The translations under genes and the position numbers were made by a program. Below, in pieces: positions 8,408 to 17,403 of a stretch of 51,131 nt of DNA. Source of the stretch: Actinomycetota bacterium (GTDB lineage Bacteria; Actinomycetota; Thermoleophilia; Gaiellales; F1-60-MAGs149); NCBI GenBank assembly GCA_005798855.1, contig SYIF01000089.1:1-51131 (forward strand), read 5' to 3'. The notes beneath the pieces were generated by a model, which saw nothing but the letters and a program-made list of their open reading frames with translations, searched no databases and was not told the origin of the DNA. Each line of letters opens with the position of its first letter. The first letter of the stretch is position 1.

Positions 8408-10477
8408 CTACCGACGGCTCTTGGAAGCCAGGCGCTTGGCACCTCTGACCTCCTTGAGGATCTGCGTCGCGCGGCGCGCCACGCGGGCGCGGAGAGCAGC
8501 AGGCTCGATCAGAACAGCTTCGCCCCGGTACTTGATGACCTCGTCTTCGAGCCAGCGCTCGGAGTCGTAGGTGATCGTCGCGAGGATTGCACCGTCGGTG
8601 AGGTGCGACGCGTCCGAACGCTTCTCGGACTCGCGCAGGGCGACCGCGGGGGAGAACCAGACGCTGACGGAACCCTTGGTGCCGCCGACGCTACGACCCT
8701 CGGCGCGGTTCGAGAGACCATCGCGCGGTGTGAAGGTGTCCTTTAAGCGCTCGACGCTTTCGATGCGATCGATGCGGAAGGTGCGCTCGCCCTCGGCGGT
8801 GCAGTCGTACGCCTCGATGTACCAATCCGAGTTGACGCCGCGCAACAGGTACGGCTCGATTACGCGCTCTTCAACCTGATTGGTCGTGCGGGTCAGATAG
8901 TTGATGCGGACGAGACGGTTGCGCTCAATGGCCCACGAGATCTGGGAGATGACATCCTCGGGTGCACCGACGTCGGCCGTTGTGGAGGGCTGCCCACCCG
9001 GCACGCCGCCGCCACAGGCGACTTCGATCTTCTCGCGTACAGCGGCGAGCGTCGAGTTGGTGCCAGCGGCGATCTGCGGTCCAACGAGGTCGAGTGCCAT
9101 CAGGATCGCCTTCGCTTCGAGTGGCGAGAGACGGGCCGGGCGGCGGAAGTCTTCGCCGTACAGCTCCTTCTGAACGTTGATCATGTCCTCTTCGTCAAGC
9201 TCGGCGTAGACGGCGTAGCAGCCGCCACCGAAGTTGACGAGGTTGAGCAGATTGATTTGCTCAACCATCTCTTCGTCGTTGATCGCGTAGCGCGCCTGCA
9301 ATACGGAGGCCGCGATGCTGCCGCTCTGCTCCGTACCGCACGTCTCGAGCAGATCGGCCAGTAGCGCTTGGAGCACTGCGAAGCGCTCGGGGGCGACGGG
9401 GTTCGAGGGACGTGCCGTAGGTGCGTCCGGCTCGGTCACGATCTTCTTGGGCGAGCGGATCGACGGCGGATCGCCAGCGTGTGCATCGCGGACGCGCTCG
9501 AGTGCATCGGTGACGGCATCGATGACATCGCGCGGGCCGAGCGGCAAGACCTGACCGCCAAGACCAAGGATCCACTCGGCGAGGCGATTGACATCGCTAT
9601 ACGGCGTCTCAAAGGTGGCGGAACGGTCTTCGTGGGTCGTTACGTCGCCGTGCTTGTTGTAAAGACGATCGACCAACCATGCGGCGCTCGGCGCGACGTA
9701 GAGAATGGCCTCGCCAACCGGTGCGTCGTAGCCCCAGGGGGCGCGATCGCGGTAGGTTGCGGGATCGAAGTCGCCGGGGCGGCGGAAGTCGCGCTCCTTG
9801 CGGGTGTGGAAGCGCATGTCGCCACGGATACGCGAGACGCGGAAGTTGCGGATCTTTTCGCGGTCGTGGTCGTGGCCGACGAGGTACCAGTGCGACTCGG
9901 AGTAGTAGAGACCGTACGGGTCGACGGTGCGGGTCCGCTCTTCACCACGGCTGATTGCGAAGTACGAGAAGACGATGGTCTTCTGCTTCGAGATCGCGCC
10001 TTCGAGCTTGGCGAGCCGCGCGGCGATCTCCGGCGTGTGGCCACCACCTCGGAGGTCGAGTGTGACGCCGTCCGAGGGAGAGCGGTCGAGCACGCCAGGG
10101 CGGCCGAGTGCGAGGTTTTGCAGTGCCAGGCGCAACGGTGCGGCGTACGCGAACTGACCATCGAGCAGGAACAGGCTCGTCTGCAGGGCGGAGAGCTCTT
10201 GGTCGCTGAGGTGAAGCGGGGGGAGGAAGTAATTCTCGCGCGTCAGCGTGTACAGCTCTTCGCCGGTGAACTCGTCGCGATTCGACTTGATCGGCACGCC
10301 CAGCGCGAGCAGCTCGGCGCGGTCGGCATAGAAGCGGCGGGCGAAGGCCTCGTCGGACATGTCGTAGTAGCCTTCGACAGCGTTCTTGGCGTCTCGTGCA
10401 GTGATCGGCCGCTTCTCGGCCATGATGTAGGCCACGAGCGAGAGTTGGCGGATCAGCTTGTCCGCGTCATGACTCAT
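8408..10477 (-). CDS. pafBC: fused PafB-PafC-like transcriptional regulator (two HTH-WYL modules)
   Basis: 689 aa from ATG 10477 (MSHDADKLIRQLSLVAYI...). Two WYL-domain cores are visible: DPYGLYYSESHWYLVGHDHDREKIRNFRVSRI and EPYLLRGVNSDWYIEAYDCTAEGERTFRIDRI. The track ORF extension to 10840 overlaps dinB and is rejected. Confidence 0.8.
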   Translation of the reverse strand: MSHDADKLIRQLSLVAYIMAEKRPITARDAKNAVEGYYDMSDEAFARRFYADRAELLALGVPIKSNRDEFTGEELYTLTRENYFLPPLHLSDQELSALQTSLFLLDGQFAYAAPLRLALQNLALGRPGVLDRSPSDGVTLDLRGGGHTPEIAARLAKLEGAISKQKTIVFSYFAISRGEERTRTVDPYGLYYSESHWYLVGHDHDREKIRNFRVSRIRGDMRFHTRKERDFRRPGDFDPATYRDRAPWGYDAPVGEAILYVAPSAAWLVDRLYNKHGDVTTHEDRSATFETPYSDVNRLAEWILGLGGQVLPLGPRDVIDAVTDALERVRDAHAGDPPSIRSPKKIVTEPDAPTARPSNPVAPERFAVLQALLADLLETCGTEQSGSIAASVLQARYAINDEEMVEQINLLNLVNFGGGCYAVYAELDEEDMINVQKELYGEDFRRPARLSPLEAKAILMALDLVGPQIAAGTNSTLAAVREKIEVACGGGVPGGQPSTTADVGAPEDVISQISWAIERNRLVRINYLTRTTNQVEERVIEPYLLRGVNSDWYIEAYDCTAEGERTFRIDRIESVERLKDTFTPRDGLSNRAEGRSVGGTKGSVSVWFSPAVALRESEKRSDASHLTDGAILATITYDSERWLEDEVIKYRGEAVLIEPAALRARVARRATQILKEVRGAKRLASKSRR

Positions 10478-10609
10478 CGGGCCGCACCTGTCTGTCGAGC
10501 TTGGTTGCCGCACCAGTCCATATTGGAGCAGCATACGCAGTTCTGACAACGGGCGCGATGCAGTACGTGTCCTGCTACGGCGTGGGAACCGCTTGGTAGC
10601 CTCGGATTT

Positions 10610-11686
10610 GTGCCTCTTGTTGTTGCTCATTTGGATCTGGATGCTTTTTTTGCGGCGGTTGAGGTGCTCGAAAATCCCACCTTGGCAGGGCTCCCGGTGG
10701 TGGTCGGTGGGGATCCTCAGGGGCGTGGTGTGGTGGCGACGGCCTCGTACGAGGCGCGTGCCTTTGGGATTCGCTCGGCAATGAGTGCGGCGGAGGCGGT
10801 GCGTCGCTGTCCAAACGCGGTTTTTGTGAAGCCCGATCACTCACGCTATCGGCGGCATTCCGACGCTGTCTGGTCGCTCGTGCGTGCTGTCGTGCCCGTC
10901 GTGGAGCAGGTCGGAATCGATGAGGGGTACCTCGATTTATCGCCCGTTGCCTCGACAGCGGGGGAGGCTCGCGCATTCCTCGCGGAGCTCCAGGGGCGCA
11001 TCGAGTGCGAGACGGGGTTGCACGCCTCGTTCGGCTGTGGCGCGGGGAGGACGATTGCGAAGGTTGCCTCGGATGCGGATAAGCCCAAAGGACTCGTGAT
11101 CGTGCCAGCAGGCAAAGAGGAGGAATTCCTTGCACCCTTGCCGCTGCGGGCGCTGCCAGGAATTGGGCCGAAGGCCGACAAACGGATGCGAACTGCGGGG
11201 CTGAAGACGATTGGTAATCTGGCCGACCTGGACGATGCGGATCTGCGACTGGTGTTGCCGGGCGCTGTCGGGTTGGAGTTGCGGGAGCGCGCGCGTGGGA
11301 TTGATCTACGCCCGGTGCTGGCCGAGACGGGCCCTTCGGTCTCGATTGGGCACGAGGAGACGTTCGACCACGACATCACGGATCCGGCGATCCTGTCCGA
11401 GCACGCTGCTCGCATGGCCGCTTCTGTCACCAAGCGCTTGGTCGAGGAGGGGCGGGTTGCGCAGACGGTCACGATCAAGCTGCGGTATCCCGATTTTCGG
11501 ATCTTGACGCGAGCTCGCTCGGCGAGTGCGCCAACGGCTGATCCAATCGAGATTACGCGCCTTGCTGAGGTTGCGCTGGAGCGGGCACTGCGTGATCGCG
11601 AGCCGCCCGTGCGCCTACTCGGCGTGACGGTCTCGCGACTCATCGAAGGCGAACAGTTGCACCTACGACTCGACGAAGAGGCCTAG
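10610..11686 (+). CDS. dinB: DNA polymerase IV (Y-family)
   Basis: The N-terminus reads HLDLDAFFAAVE...P.VVGG....GVV.TASYEAR.FG..SAM. The 358-aa length is typical. The start is GTG. Confidence 0.92.
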   Translation: MPLVVAHLDLDAFFAAVEVLENPTLAGLPVVVGGDPQGRGVVATASYEARAFGIRSAMSAAEAVRRCPNAVFVKPDHSRYRRHSDAVWSLVRAVVPVVEQVGIDEGYLDLSPVASTAGEARAFLAELQGRIECETGLHASFGCGAGRTIAKVASDADKPKGLVIVPAGKEEEFLAPLPLRALPGIGPKADKRMRTAGLKTIGNLADLDDADLRLVLPGAVGLELRERARGIDLRPVLAETGPSVSIGHEETFDHDITDPAILSEHAARMAASVTKRLVEEGRVAQTVTIKLRYPDFRILTRARSASAPTADPIEITRLAEVALERALRDREPPVRLLGVTVSRLIEGEQLHLRLDEEA

Positions 11687-11707
11687 GAATCAGGACTAGA
11701 AACGACG

Positions 11708-11742
11708 AAAGGCTCGGAGACCGCTGGGGTCTCCGAGCCTTT
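11708..11742. terminator. bidirectional stem-loop between convergent dinB and the 137-aa gene
   Basis: AAAGGCTCGGAGACC-gctgg-GGTCTCCGAGCCTTT forms a 15-bp perfect stem. A-rich sequence lies to the left and T-containing sequence to the right. Confidence 0.75.
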
Positions 11743-11769
11743 CGCTCGATCCACGTTGTGCTTGAAGGG

Positions 11770-12183
11770 CTAAGCGCTGAGCGCGTGCTCTTCGAGATGC
11801 GAGTGCGACGGGCAGTACTCGCGGCTTGGCAGCGGCGTGCGCTGACACGGCTTGCCCTTGCGGGTGGTTGCGCGGCACGGGGCAATGACGCCTTCGCCGT
11901 GGCGCTCGATCTCGTCGCGAATGAAGTCTTGCGCGAGACCGATGTAGCGCTCGATCGTGTAGTAGACGCGAGCCTGCTCCGTGATCGGGAAGTAGTAGCG
12001 CACCTCCTGGAAGAGGCTGCGGGCCGGCTTCGGGAAGTAGCGGGAGTCGCGGGCGAGGCGCTCAATGGTGCTCTCGCAGGCGACGAGGATGCGGCGCCGA
12101 GCCTCAACGACCGACACGGTGTCGGGGGAGGGGTCGATGGCGTCCTTGATTTCGACGTAGATCTGTCGGCTGAAGCGATACAT
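11770..12183 (-). CDS. hypothetical protein with a C-terminal C-x9-C-x11-C-x2-H putative zinc-binding motif
   Basis: 137-aa ORF with a coding-like composition. The C-terminus is CRATTRKGKPCQRTPLPSREYCPSHSH. No family name can be assigned from memory. Confidence 0.6.
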   Translation of the reverse strand: MYRFSRQIYVEIKDAIDPSPDTVSVVEARRRILVACESTIERLARDSRYFPKPARSLFQEVRYYFPITEQARVYYTIERYIGLAQDFIRDEIERHGEGVIAPCRATTRKGKPCQRTPLPSREYCPSHSHLEEHALSA

Positions 12184-12395
12184 AGGAACTCTTTCTTCGA
12201 ACGTACGTGGCCAATCGCACCACGTGCCAAGTGCGAGGTGGGGAGAAGCGGTGCGCTCCGCAGGTAGACCTGCTAGGCGCTAGAGAGACACTATACCGGT
12301 GATACGTTCTCCGCACAAGGGATTGTGATAAAACGCACAACCGCTGTTGTTTGGCGGGTGCGAAACCGCCGAGTCAACAGGCAGTGACAGTGGCG

Positions 12396-13190
12396 CTACG
12401 GCTGAACTTCGCGCGCGTACGCGTCGGGGTAGCCCTGACCCTGAATGGTCGTGGCTGCCAAAGCCGCCTCGTCCTTCGTGGTGTACGGCCCCGAGAACAC
12501 AGCCCAGTAACCTGGGTTGAGCGATGGGAACAATGAGGAGTCAAGCACGCCGACCATCGGCACACCAGCGGCAGCTGCCTGATCCGCGATTGCTTGGGCA
12601 TCGGCCTCGGTAAAGCTGGCAGCGTCCTTCGAAGCGAGGATCACCGCGTAGCCACTCTGGTCGGCAGGCCAGCCACTCGCTGTGCCGCCGGTGTCCGTCA
12701 TGCCGGTGTCGGTGATGCCCGTGTCGGTAATGCCTGTATCCGTGATCCCGGTGTCGGTGATCCCGGTGTCGGTGATCCCGGTGTCGGTGATGCCGGTGTC
12801 GGTGATCCCGGTGTCGGTGATGCCGGTGTCGGTGATACCCGTATCGGTGGTTCCTGTAGCCGTCGTCGCCGATGTAGTGAGAGGATCGTCGCCATCGTTC
12901 GTGGCGCGCAAGGCGACCCAGGCAAGGCCAACACCCGCGATAATCAAGACCACCGCAATGATCGCCAAAATCGACGTGTTGCGGTTGGCGAACGCGGAGC
13001 CTCCACCCGGCGGCGGTGGAATTTCATCAACCGCGAGGCGCTCGCCACATTCGAGGCAGTAGCGCTGGTCCGATCGCATCGGCGAGAGGCAGGCCGGGCA
13101 GCGGGCCACATCGGCAGCCGGCAGTGGCGCTTCGAACTGTGGACCGCCCGAGAGTGGATCGTCGATCGTGGGCTGGTCGTCGCTGCTCAC
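12396..13190 (-). CDS. zinc-ribbon / TM / TDTGI-repeat / SPOR-domain protein (candidate septal peptidoglycan binder)
   Basis: The GTG at 13190 overlaps the upstream stop (GTGA). Domains in order: zinc ribbon CPAC...CLEC, a TM helix (ILAIIAVVLIIAGVGLAWV), 11 pentapeptide repeats, and a SPOR-like C-terminus (GYAVILASKD...NPGYWAVFSGPYTTKDEA). Confidence 0.75.
   Translation of the reverse strand: MSSDDQPTIDDPLSGGPQFEAPLPAADVARCPACLSPMRSDQRYCLECGERLAVDEIPPPPGGGSAFANRNTSILAIIAVVLIIAGVGLAWVALRATNDGDDPLTTSATTATGTTDTGITDTGITDTGITDTGITDTGITDTGITDTGITDTGITDTGITDTGMTDTGGTASGWPADQSGYAVILASKDAASFTEADAQAIADQAAAAGVPMVGVLDSSLFPSLNPGYWAVFSGPYTTKDEAALAATTIQGQGYPDAYAREVQP
12688..12852 (-). repeat. about 11 tandem copies of a 15-bp unit (ccggtgtcggtgatS) encoding (TDTGI)n
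   Basis: Near-identical 15-mers lie head to tail. They are in frame within the SPOR protein. Confidence 0.9.
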
Positions 13191-13660
13191 TGAGTGGGCG
13201 TCCCGCAGTAGGCGCAAAAGTTTCCGTCGAGGGGAATTGCTCCGGTGCAACTCGCACACTTTTTCGACGACATTGCAACGGTCCCCGGCGGCAGCGCGGT
13301 CCGCCCACTCGCCGCATGCAGCGTGAGGGCGCCATCAATCTCCTGCGCACGCTGCTCAACGGTGACGGCCTCAGCGGCACGCAGGCGCAAGAGATGGAAG
13401 TTGAACTGGTCGCGACGAGCCATCTCGATCAGCAGTCCGCCGAGATCCCCACGCAACTCTTGATAGCGGCGAGCGAGCCCGGCGCGTTCCTTACGCAGCT
13501 CGTTCGCGGCCTTCTTGGCCTCGCCAGGAGCGGAGGAAGCCTGCTGGATCTGCTTGCCCTTGGCGTCCCGAACTCCACTTGCGGCAACGGTCACGACAAC
13601 ATCGCCCGCAGAGTTGGGTCGTTGCGCAGGCAGTGGCGCTCGGTCGGAAAGGCCTCCCAT
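13187..13660 (-). CDS. coiled-coil protein with a C-terminal zinc ribbon
   Basis: The C-terminus is CASC...CAYCGTP and the centre is a charged helical region. The start is uncertain. ATG 13660 was chosen, but it lacks an obvious SD. Confidence 0.55.
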   Translation of the reverse strand: MGGLSDRAPLPAQRPNSAGDVVVTVAASGVRDAKGKQIQQASSAPGEAKKAANELRKERAGLARRYQELRGDLGGLLIEMARRDQFNFHLLRLRAAEAVTVEQRAQEIDGALTLHAASGRTALPPGTVAMSSKKCASCTGAIPLDGNFCAYCGTPTQ

Positions 13661-13790
13661 TGCGCTTGGAGTATACGGGGAATCGCACGTACATCTGGTT
13701 CCACATCGGTGAAGACACGCACGTAGCGCTGCTGGCGCAGGTTCCGGTGGTGCGTCAGGATGCACAGGTTAAGTTATTCACGGAGGCGAT

Positions 13791-14645
13791 ATGACGCAGA
13801 TTGTTGGGGTAGTTGGGCTTGGCACCATGGGCGCCGGGATCGTGCAGGTTTGTCTCGCCGCGGGTCACACCGTGATTGGTCTGGATGGGGTCGAGGCTGC
13901 CCGTGACAATCTTGGCAACCGAGTCGAAAAGGGTCTCCAGCGCGGCGTTGCCAAGGGCACGATGACGGCCGAGGATTGCGCCGCTGCGCTTGCGCGCCTC
14001 TCCACGACTGCCAGTGTCGACGGTTTCGCCGTCGCTGATCTGATCATCGAGGCGATTGCTGAGATACCACAGGTCAAGCACGACCTGTTTCGTGATCTGG
14101 CGGTGGCGACGAAGCCGGACGCGATTCTCGCAACAAACACATCGGCAATCAGCGTGACGGGTATCGCCGAGGCGAGCGGTCGTGCCGAGCGCGTCGTCGG
14201 CCTGCACTTCTTTAACCCCGCACCGGTGATGCCGCTCGTCGAGATTGTCCATACCCAGCATGTGGATCCTGCCGTGTATGCGGCTGCGATCGAGTTTGCT
14301 GAAGGACTCGGCAAAGAAGCGGTTCCGTGCCCTGATACCCCGGGATTCATTGTCAATCGCATTCTTGTGCCGATGCTCAACGACGCGGTGCGCACGTACG
14401 CCGAGACGGGCGCTGACCCGGCCGACATCGATCGCGCCCTGCAGGCGGGAGCAGGCTGGCCAATGGGGCCGCTCGCATTGATCGATCTGATTGGCGTTGA
14501 TGTCCAGGTCCACGCCTCGCTGGCAATCGCGGAGGGGCTGGGCGACGACCATTGCGCTCCTCATCCACTGCTTTTGCAGATGCTCGAGGAGGGCAAGTTG
14601 GGACGCAAAACCGGCGTTGGTTTTCACCGCTATGACGCGTCCTAA
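13791..14645 (+). CDS. hbd: 3-hydroxybutyryl/3-hydroxyacyl-CoA dehydrogenase
   Basis: It has a Rossmann N-terminus (VGVVGLGTMGAGIV), plus NTSAIS, HFFNPAPVMPLVE, PGFIVNR and a GWPMGPL..D.IG C-terminal domain. Confidence 0.9.
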   Translation: MTQIVGVVGLGTMGAGIVQVCLAAGHTVIGLDGVEAARDNLGNRVEKGLQRGVAKGTMTAEDCAAALARLSTTASVDGFAVADLIIEAIAEIPQVKHDLFRDLAVATKPDAILATNTSAISVTGIAEASGRAERVVGLHFFNPAPVMPLVEIVHTQHVDPAVYAAAIEFAEGLGKEAVPCPDTPGFIVNRILVPMLNDAVRTYAETGADPADIDRALQAGAGWPMGPLALIDLIGVDVQVHASLAIAEGLGDDHCAPHPLLLQMLEEGKLGRKTGVGFHRYDAS

Positions 14646-14690
14646 CGCAACCATCACACCTTGCTGTCGTTCGGAGAGCATAATGCGCGT

Positions 14691-15158
14691 GTGCTTCGCA
14701 TAGCTCTCGCTCTGGTGATCCTGCTCGTGGCTGTTCCCGTGGCCGCGGCCAAGTCGTTCGAGATGGAGACTGCGAGCGGCGAGTTCTCCTATCGCGGTGT
14801 CGCGCGCTTTGACTCGATGGTGGTGGTCGAATCGATCAGCGTGGGGTCGAAGTTGAGTGGGCCTCTCGAGCTGGCGGAGAGCATCAAGTGTGTCGACGGA
14901 CAGCCGTTACAGACCTGCATCAAGATCGTCAAGGGCAAGGCACCCGTCGAGTTGCGTGTGCTGACGCCGATCACGGTGAGTTTGCATCGGCCAGGCGTGT
15001 TCACGCTGATGATTCGTCGCGCCACCGCGTTGACCAACGTGTGGATCAGCGGCTGCGGTCAGGTTGGGTTGCGAGGCGCGGGCACGTATCGGGCGGATGG
15101 TGGTGTCGATGTCACCTACGTTGCGAAGGACAGACCGACCAATTTACGGTTGAAGTAG
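14691..15158 (+). CDS. hypothetical secreted protein
   Basis: It has a signal-peptide-like N-terminus (VLRIALALVILLVAVPVAAAKS). No domain was recognised. The start is GTG 14691 or TTG 14661. Confidence 0.5.
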   Translation: MLRIALALVILLVAVPVAAAKSFEMETASGEFSYRGVARFDSMVVVESISVGSKLSGPLELAESIKCVDGQPLQTCIKIVKGKAPVELRVLTPITVSLHRPGVFTLMIRRATALTNVWISGCGQVGLRGAGTYRADGGVDVTYVAKDRPTNLRLK

Positions 15159-15167
15159 CGAGGGACG

Positions 15168-15854
15168 ATGGCCGAGCGCATTCTGATTGTTGAAGACGAG
15201 ATCAACATTGCGACGCCGGTCAAGACGTACCTCGAGAAGGCGGGCTTCGACGTTGATCACGCGCTGACGGGTACCGATGCGTTGCGTCTGATGGAGGCGA
15301 CGCCGCCAAACCTGATTGTCCTGGACCTCAATCTGCCCGATATCGATGGTCTCGAGGTGTGTCGGCGGATTCGCGCTACCTCGCAGGTGCCGATCATCAT
15401 GGTGACGGCGCGCGACGATGATATCGACAAGATTGTTGGTCTCGAGGTTGGTGCAGACGATTATCTGACGAAGCCGTTCAACGTGCGCGAGTTGGTGGCG
15501 CGCGTCAAGGCGATCTTGCGGCGCGCACCGACGACGGCGCAACCGATTAGTGGGGTGTTGTCGCACGGCGGCGTCTCGATCGATCGCGGTCGTCACGAGG
15601 TCTTGCTCAATGGTGAGGTTGTTCAGCTTGCACCCAAGGAGTTCGATCTGCTCTGGACCTTGCTGGAGGAGCGCGGCCATGTGCTGACGCGCGATCAGCT
15701 GCTCGAGCGCGTATGGGGATATACATTTGCGGGCGACACGCGCACGGTGGATGTTCACGTCCGTCAGTTGCGCCGCAAACTTGGTGACGATTGTCCGGTC
15801 GTGACGGTGTGGGGCGTGGGGTACAAGGTCGGCGACGATGTTGCTGCTCCGTAG
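15168..15854 (+). CDS. OmpR-family response regulator
   Basis: The receiver domain reads ILIVEDE...LDLNLPDIDG...DDYLTKPF. A winged-helix output follows (VDVHVRQLRRKL...VWGVGY). Confidence 0.92.
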   Translation: MAERILIVEDEINIATPVKTYLEKAGFDVDHALTGTDALRLMEATPPNLIVLDLNLPDIDGLEVCRRIRATSQVPIIMVTARDDDIDKIVGLEVGADDYLTKPFNVRELVARVKAILRRAPTTAQPISGVLSHGGVSIDRGRHEVLLNGEVVQLAPKEFDLLWTLLEERGHVLTRDQLLERVWGYTFAGDTRTVDVHVRQLRRKLGDDCPVVTVWGVGYKVGDDVAAP

Positions 15855-17319
15855 CCTGCGCGCGCGGCTGCTGATCATCGGGATCGTGCCTGTGCTTGCG
15901 GCGTTGGTCGTCACTGCTGTGATGACGGTGCGGTCGGTCAATCAGTTTTCGGAGTCTCAGCGGTATGAGGCACGCACGCAGCAGGAACGCGATTTGAAGC
16001 GCTTGACGACGGGCCTGTCGCGCGAGTACGCGCCGCTGGTTGGTGGTTTGTTTATCGGCAAGAAAAATGATGTGCTCCAAAGCGTGCACCTCGAGGCCGC
16101 CTACGGCAGCTCGTTGTATTTCATCGCAACGATGAGGAGCGCCACGGTCAACGCCGAGGGGCTTGATTTGAAAAAACTGCAATGGGACCAACCACTGTCC
16201 ACCAAGATTGAAAAGCGGCTCAGTGACGGGCAAGCAGTTGTGATCCCGGCCCAGTACGTGCCCGCAACACTCCGTGGCGATGTCGTGGTGGCCCGCGGGT
16301 TGTTTCCCACCGAGCAGAGCGATTTTCTTGGTGCCAGCTCGGGCCTGTTGGTTGTGGCGCGCCCAGCCGTCCAGGTTTCCTCGCCTGCGGGGACGCTGCG
16401 GCGCGCGCTGATTCCAGCGTTTGCTGTTGGCTCGGCGGTGGCGATCATTCTCGCGCTCGTGCTTGGTCTTCGCCTCGTCCGGCCGTTGCGACGTCTGGCG
16501 GCGGCGGCGCGAGCGGTGGCGCGCGGCGACGATGATGTGCCGCTCGATACGTCGCGGGCCGATGAGATTGGAATGGTCAATCGCGCGTTCTTCGACATGA
16601 CCGTGAGGCTGACTGAGGCTCGCGATACTGAACGCCTCTTCCTGATGCGCGTCTCGCACGAATTACGCACGCCATTGACGGCGATTCGAGGCCAGGTCGA
16701 TGCCTTGGCCGATGGCATTTTCGATGATGAGGTTTCGCGGCAGACGGCGTACGAGGCGATCACGGCCGAGTCGTTGCGTCTCAATCGTCTCGTTGGAGAT
16801 TTGCTGTACCTCGCGCGGTTGCAGGCGAAGCGTTTTGGACTTGAGGCCGACGAGGTCGATCTCAACGTGTTGCTTGAGCAGGTTGTGACGGGCCAGGGTT
16901 CCGAGGCGCGCGAGCGGGAAATCGCCATCGGGCTGCAGTCTGGTGTCTTGCCCGTCGTGATTGGCGATGGCGATCGGATCTTGCAGATCGTGTCGAACCT
17001 CGTCCGCAATGCGGTTCGTTGGACGCCAGATGGCGGCACGATTACCGTCGCGGCGCTCGCCGATGCTGGCCGTGTGTGGATTACCGTTGACGACTCTGGG
17101 CCGGGCATTCCGCTCGAGAAGCGCGCCACCATTTTCCGGGCGTTCTACACGGAGGACGGCACGGGGACTGGGTTGGGTCTTGCAATTGCTCGCGAGCTGT
17201 CGTCGGCAATGGGTGGCAGCGTGGCGGTTGGGGATTCGCCGCATGGTGGTGCCCGTTTTGTGGTCGAACTCCCGTGCATTCGCGCGCGGTCCGAGAGTAT
17301 CTCTGCAACAGCTCAGTAA
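15838..17319 (+). CDS. sensor histidine kinase (2 TM, HAMP, HisKA, HATPase_c)
   Basis: The H-box is SHELRTPLTAI, the N-box is NLVRNAVRWTP, and the G-boxes are DDSGPGIP and GTGLGLAIA. It overlaps the response regulator gene by 17 nt. Confidence 0.9.
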   Translation: MLLLRSLRARLLIIGIVPVLAALVVTAVMTVRSVNQFSESQRYEARTQQERDLKRLTTGLSREYAPLVGGLFIGKKNDVLQSVHLEAAYGSSLYFIATMRSATVNAEGLDLKKLQWDQPLSTKIEKRLSDGQAVVIPAQYVPATLRGDVVVARGLFPTEQSDFLGASSGLLVVARPAVQVSSPAGTLRRALIPAFAVGSAVAIILALVLGLRLVRPLRRLAAAARAVARGDDDVPLDTSRADEIGMVNRAFFDMTVRLTEARDTERLFLMRVSHELRTPLTAIRGQVDALADGIFDDEVSRQTAYEAITAESLRLNRLVGDLLYLARLQAKRFGLEADEVDLNVLLEQVVTGQGSEAREREIAIGLQSGVLPVVIGDGDRILQIVSNLVRNAVRWTPDGGTITVAALADAGRVWITVDDSGPGIPLEKRATIFRAFYTEDGTGTGLGLAIARELSSAMGGSVAVGDSPHGGARFVVELPCIRARSESISATAQ

Positions 17320-17403
17320 GGATGCTCGCGGAGTGGGGGTTGAAGTGACTCACGACCTTGCGAGTGTGTCCGCTCGGCGTTAGGTGAGATCACGCATGGT
17401 CAG

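Noticed and set aside
9368-10546. 392-aa plus-strand ORF inside pafBC, together with similar long antisense ORFs (for example 33335..34495, 34601..35551, 42198..43382, 48544..49536, 15607..16659, 16101..17132, 13755..14681)
   Set aside because: All lie opposite genes with clear family signatures and have Arg/Ala/Gly-rich junk-like translations. They are GC-rich antisense shadow ORFs.
10530-10549. RecA-independent (PafBC) promoter-like motif TTGTCAG-N7-TATGCT on the minus strand upstream of pafBC
   Set aside because: The core TTGTC(A/G)G matches, but the distance to the TAnnnT element is about 3 nt shorter than in the remembered consensus (TTGTCRGTG-N8-TANNNT). This is not enough to call. No equivalent motif faces dinB.
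10478-10840. N-terminal 121-codon extension of the 810-aa track ORF (pafBC frame)
   Set aside because: The extension is Arg/His-rich and low-complexity, and it runs antisense across the dinB start. The recognisable HTH begins right after ATG 10477.
12198-12211. Second SOS box TCGAACGTACGTGG upstream of the 137-aa gene
   Set aside because: Only the left half-site matches (the right half is GTGGCC versus GTTCGA). It is reported only as a weak note within the corresponding finding.
12688-12852. Possible CRISPR-like array of 15-bp repeats
   Set aside because: The repeats are contiguous with no spacers. They are in frame and encode the TDTGI pentapeptide within a CDS. No cas genes are present.
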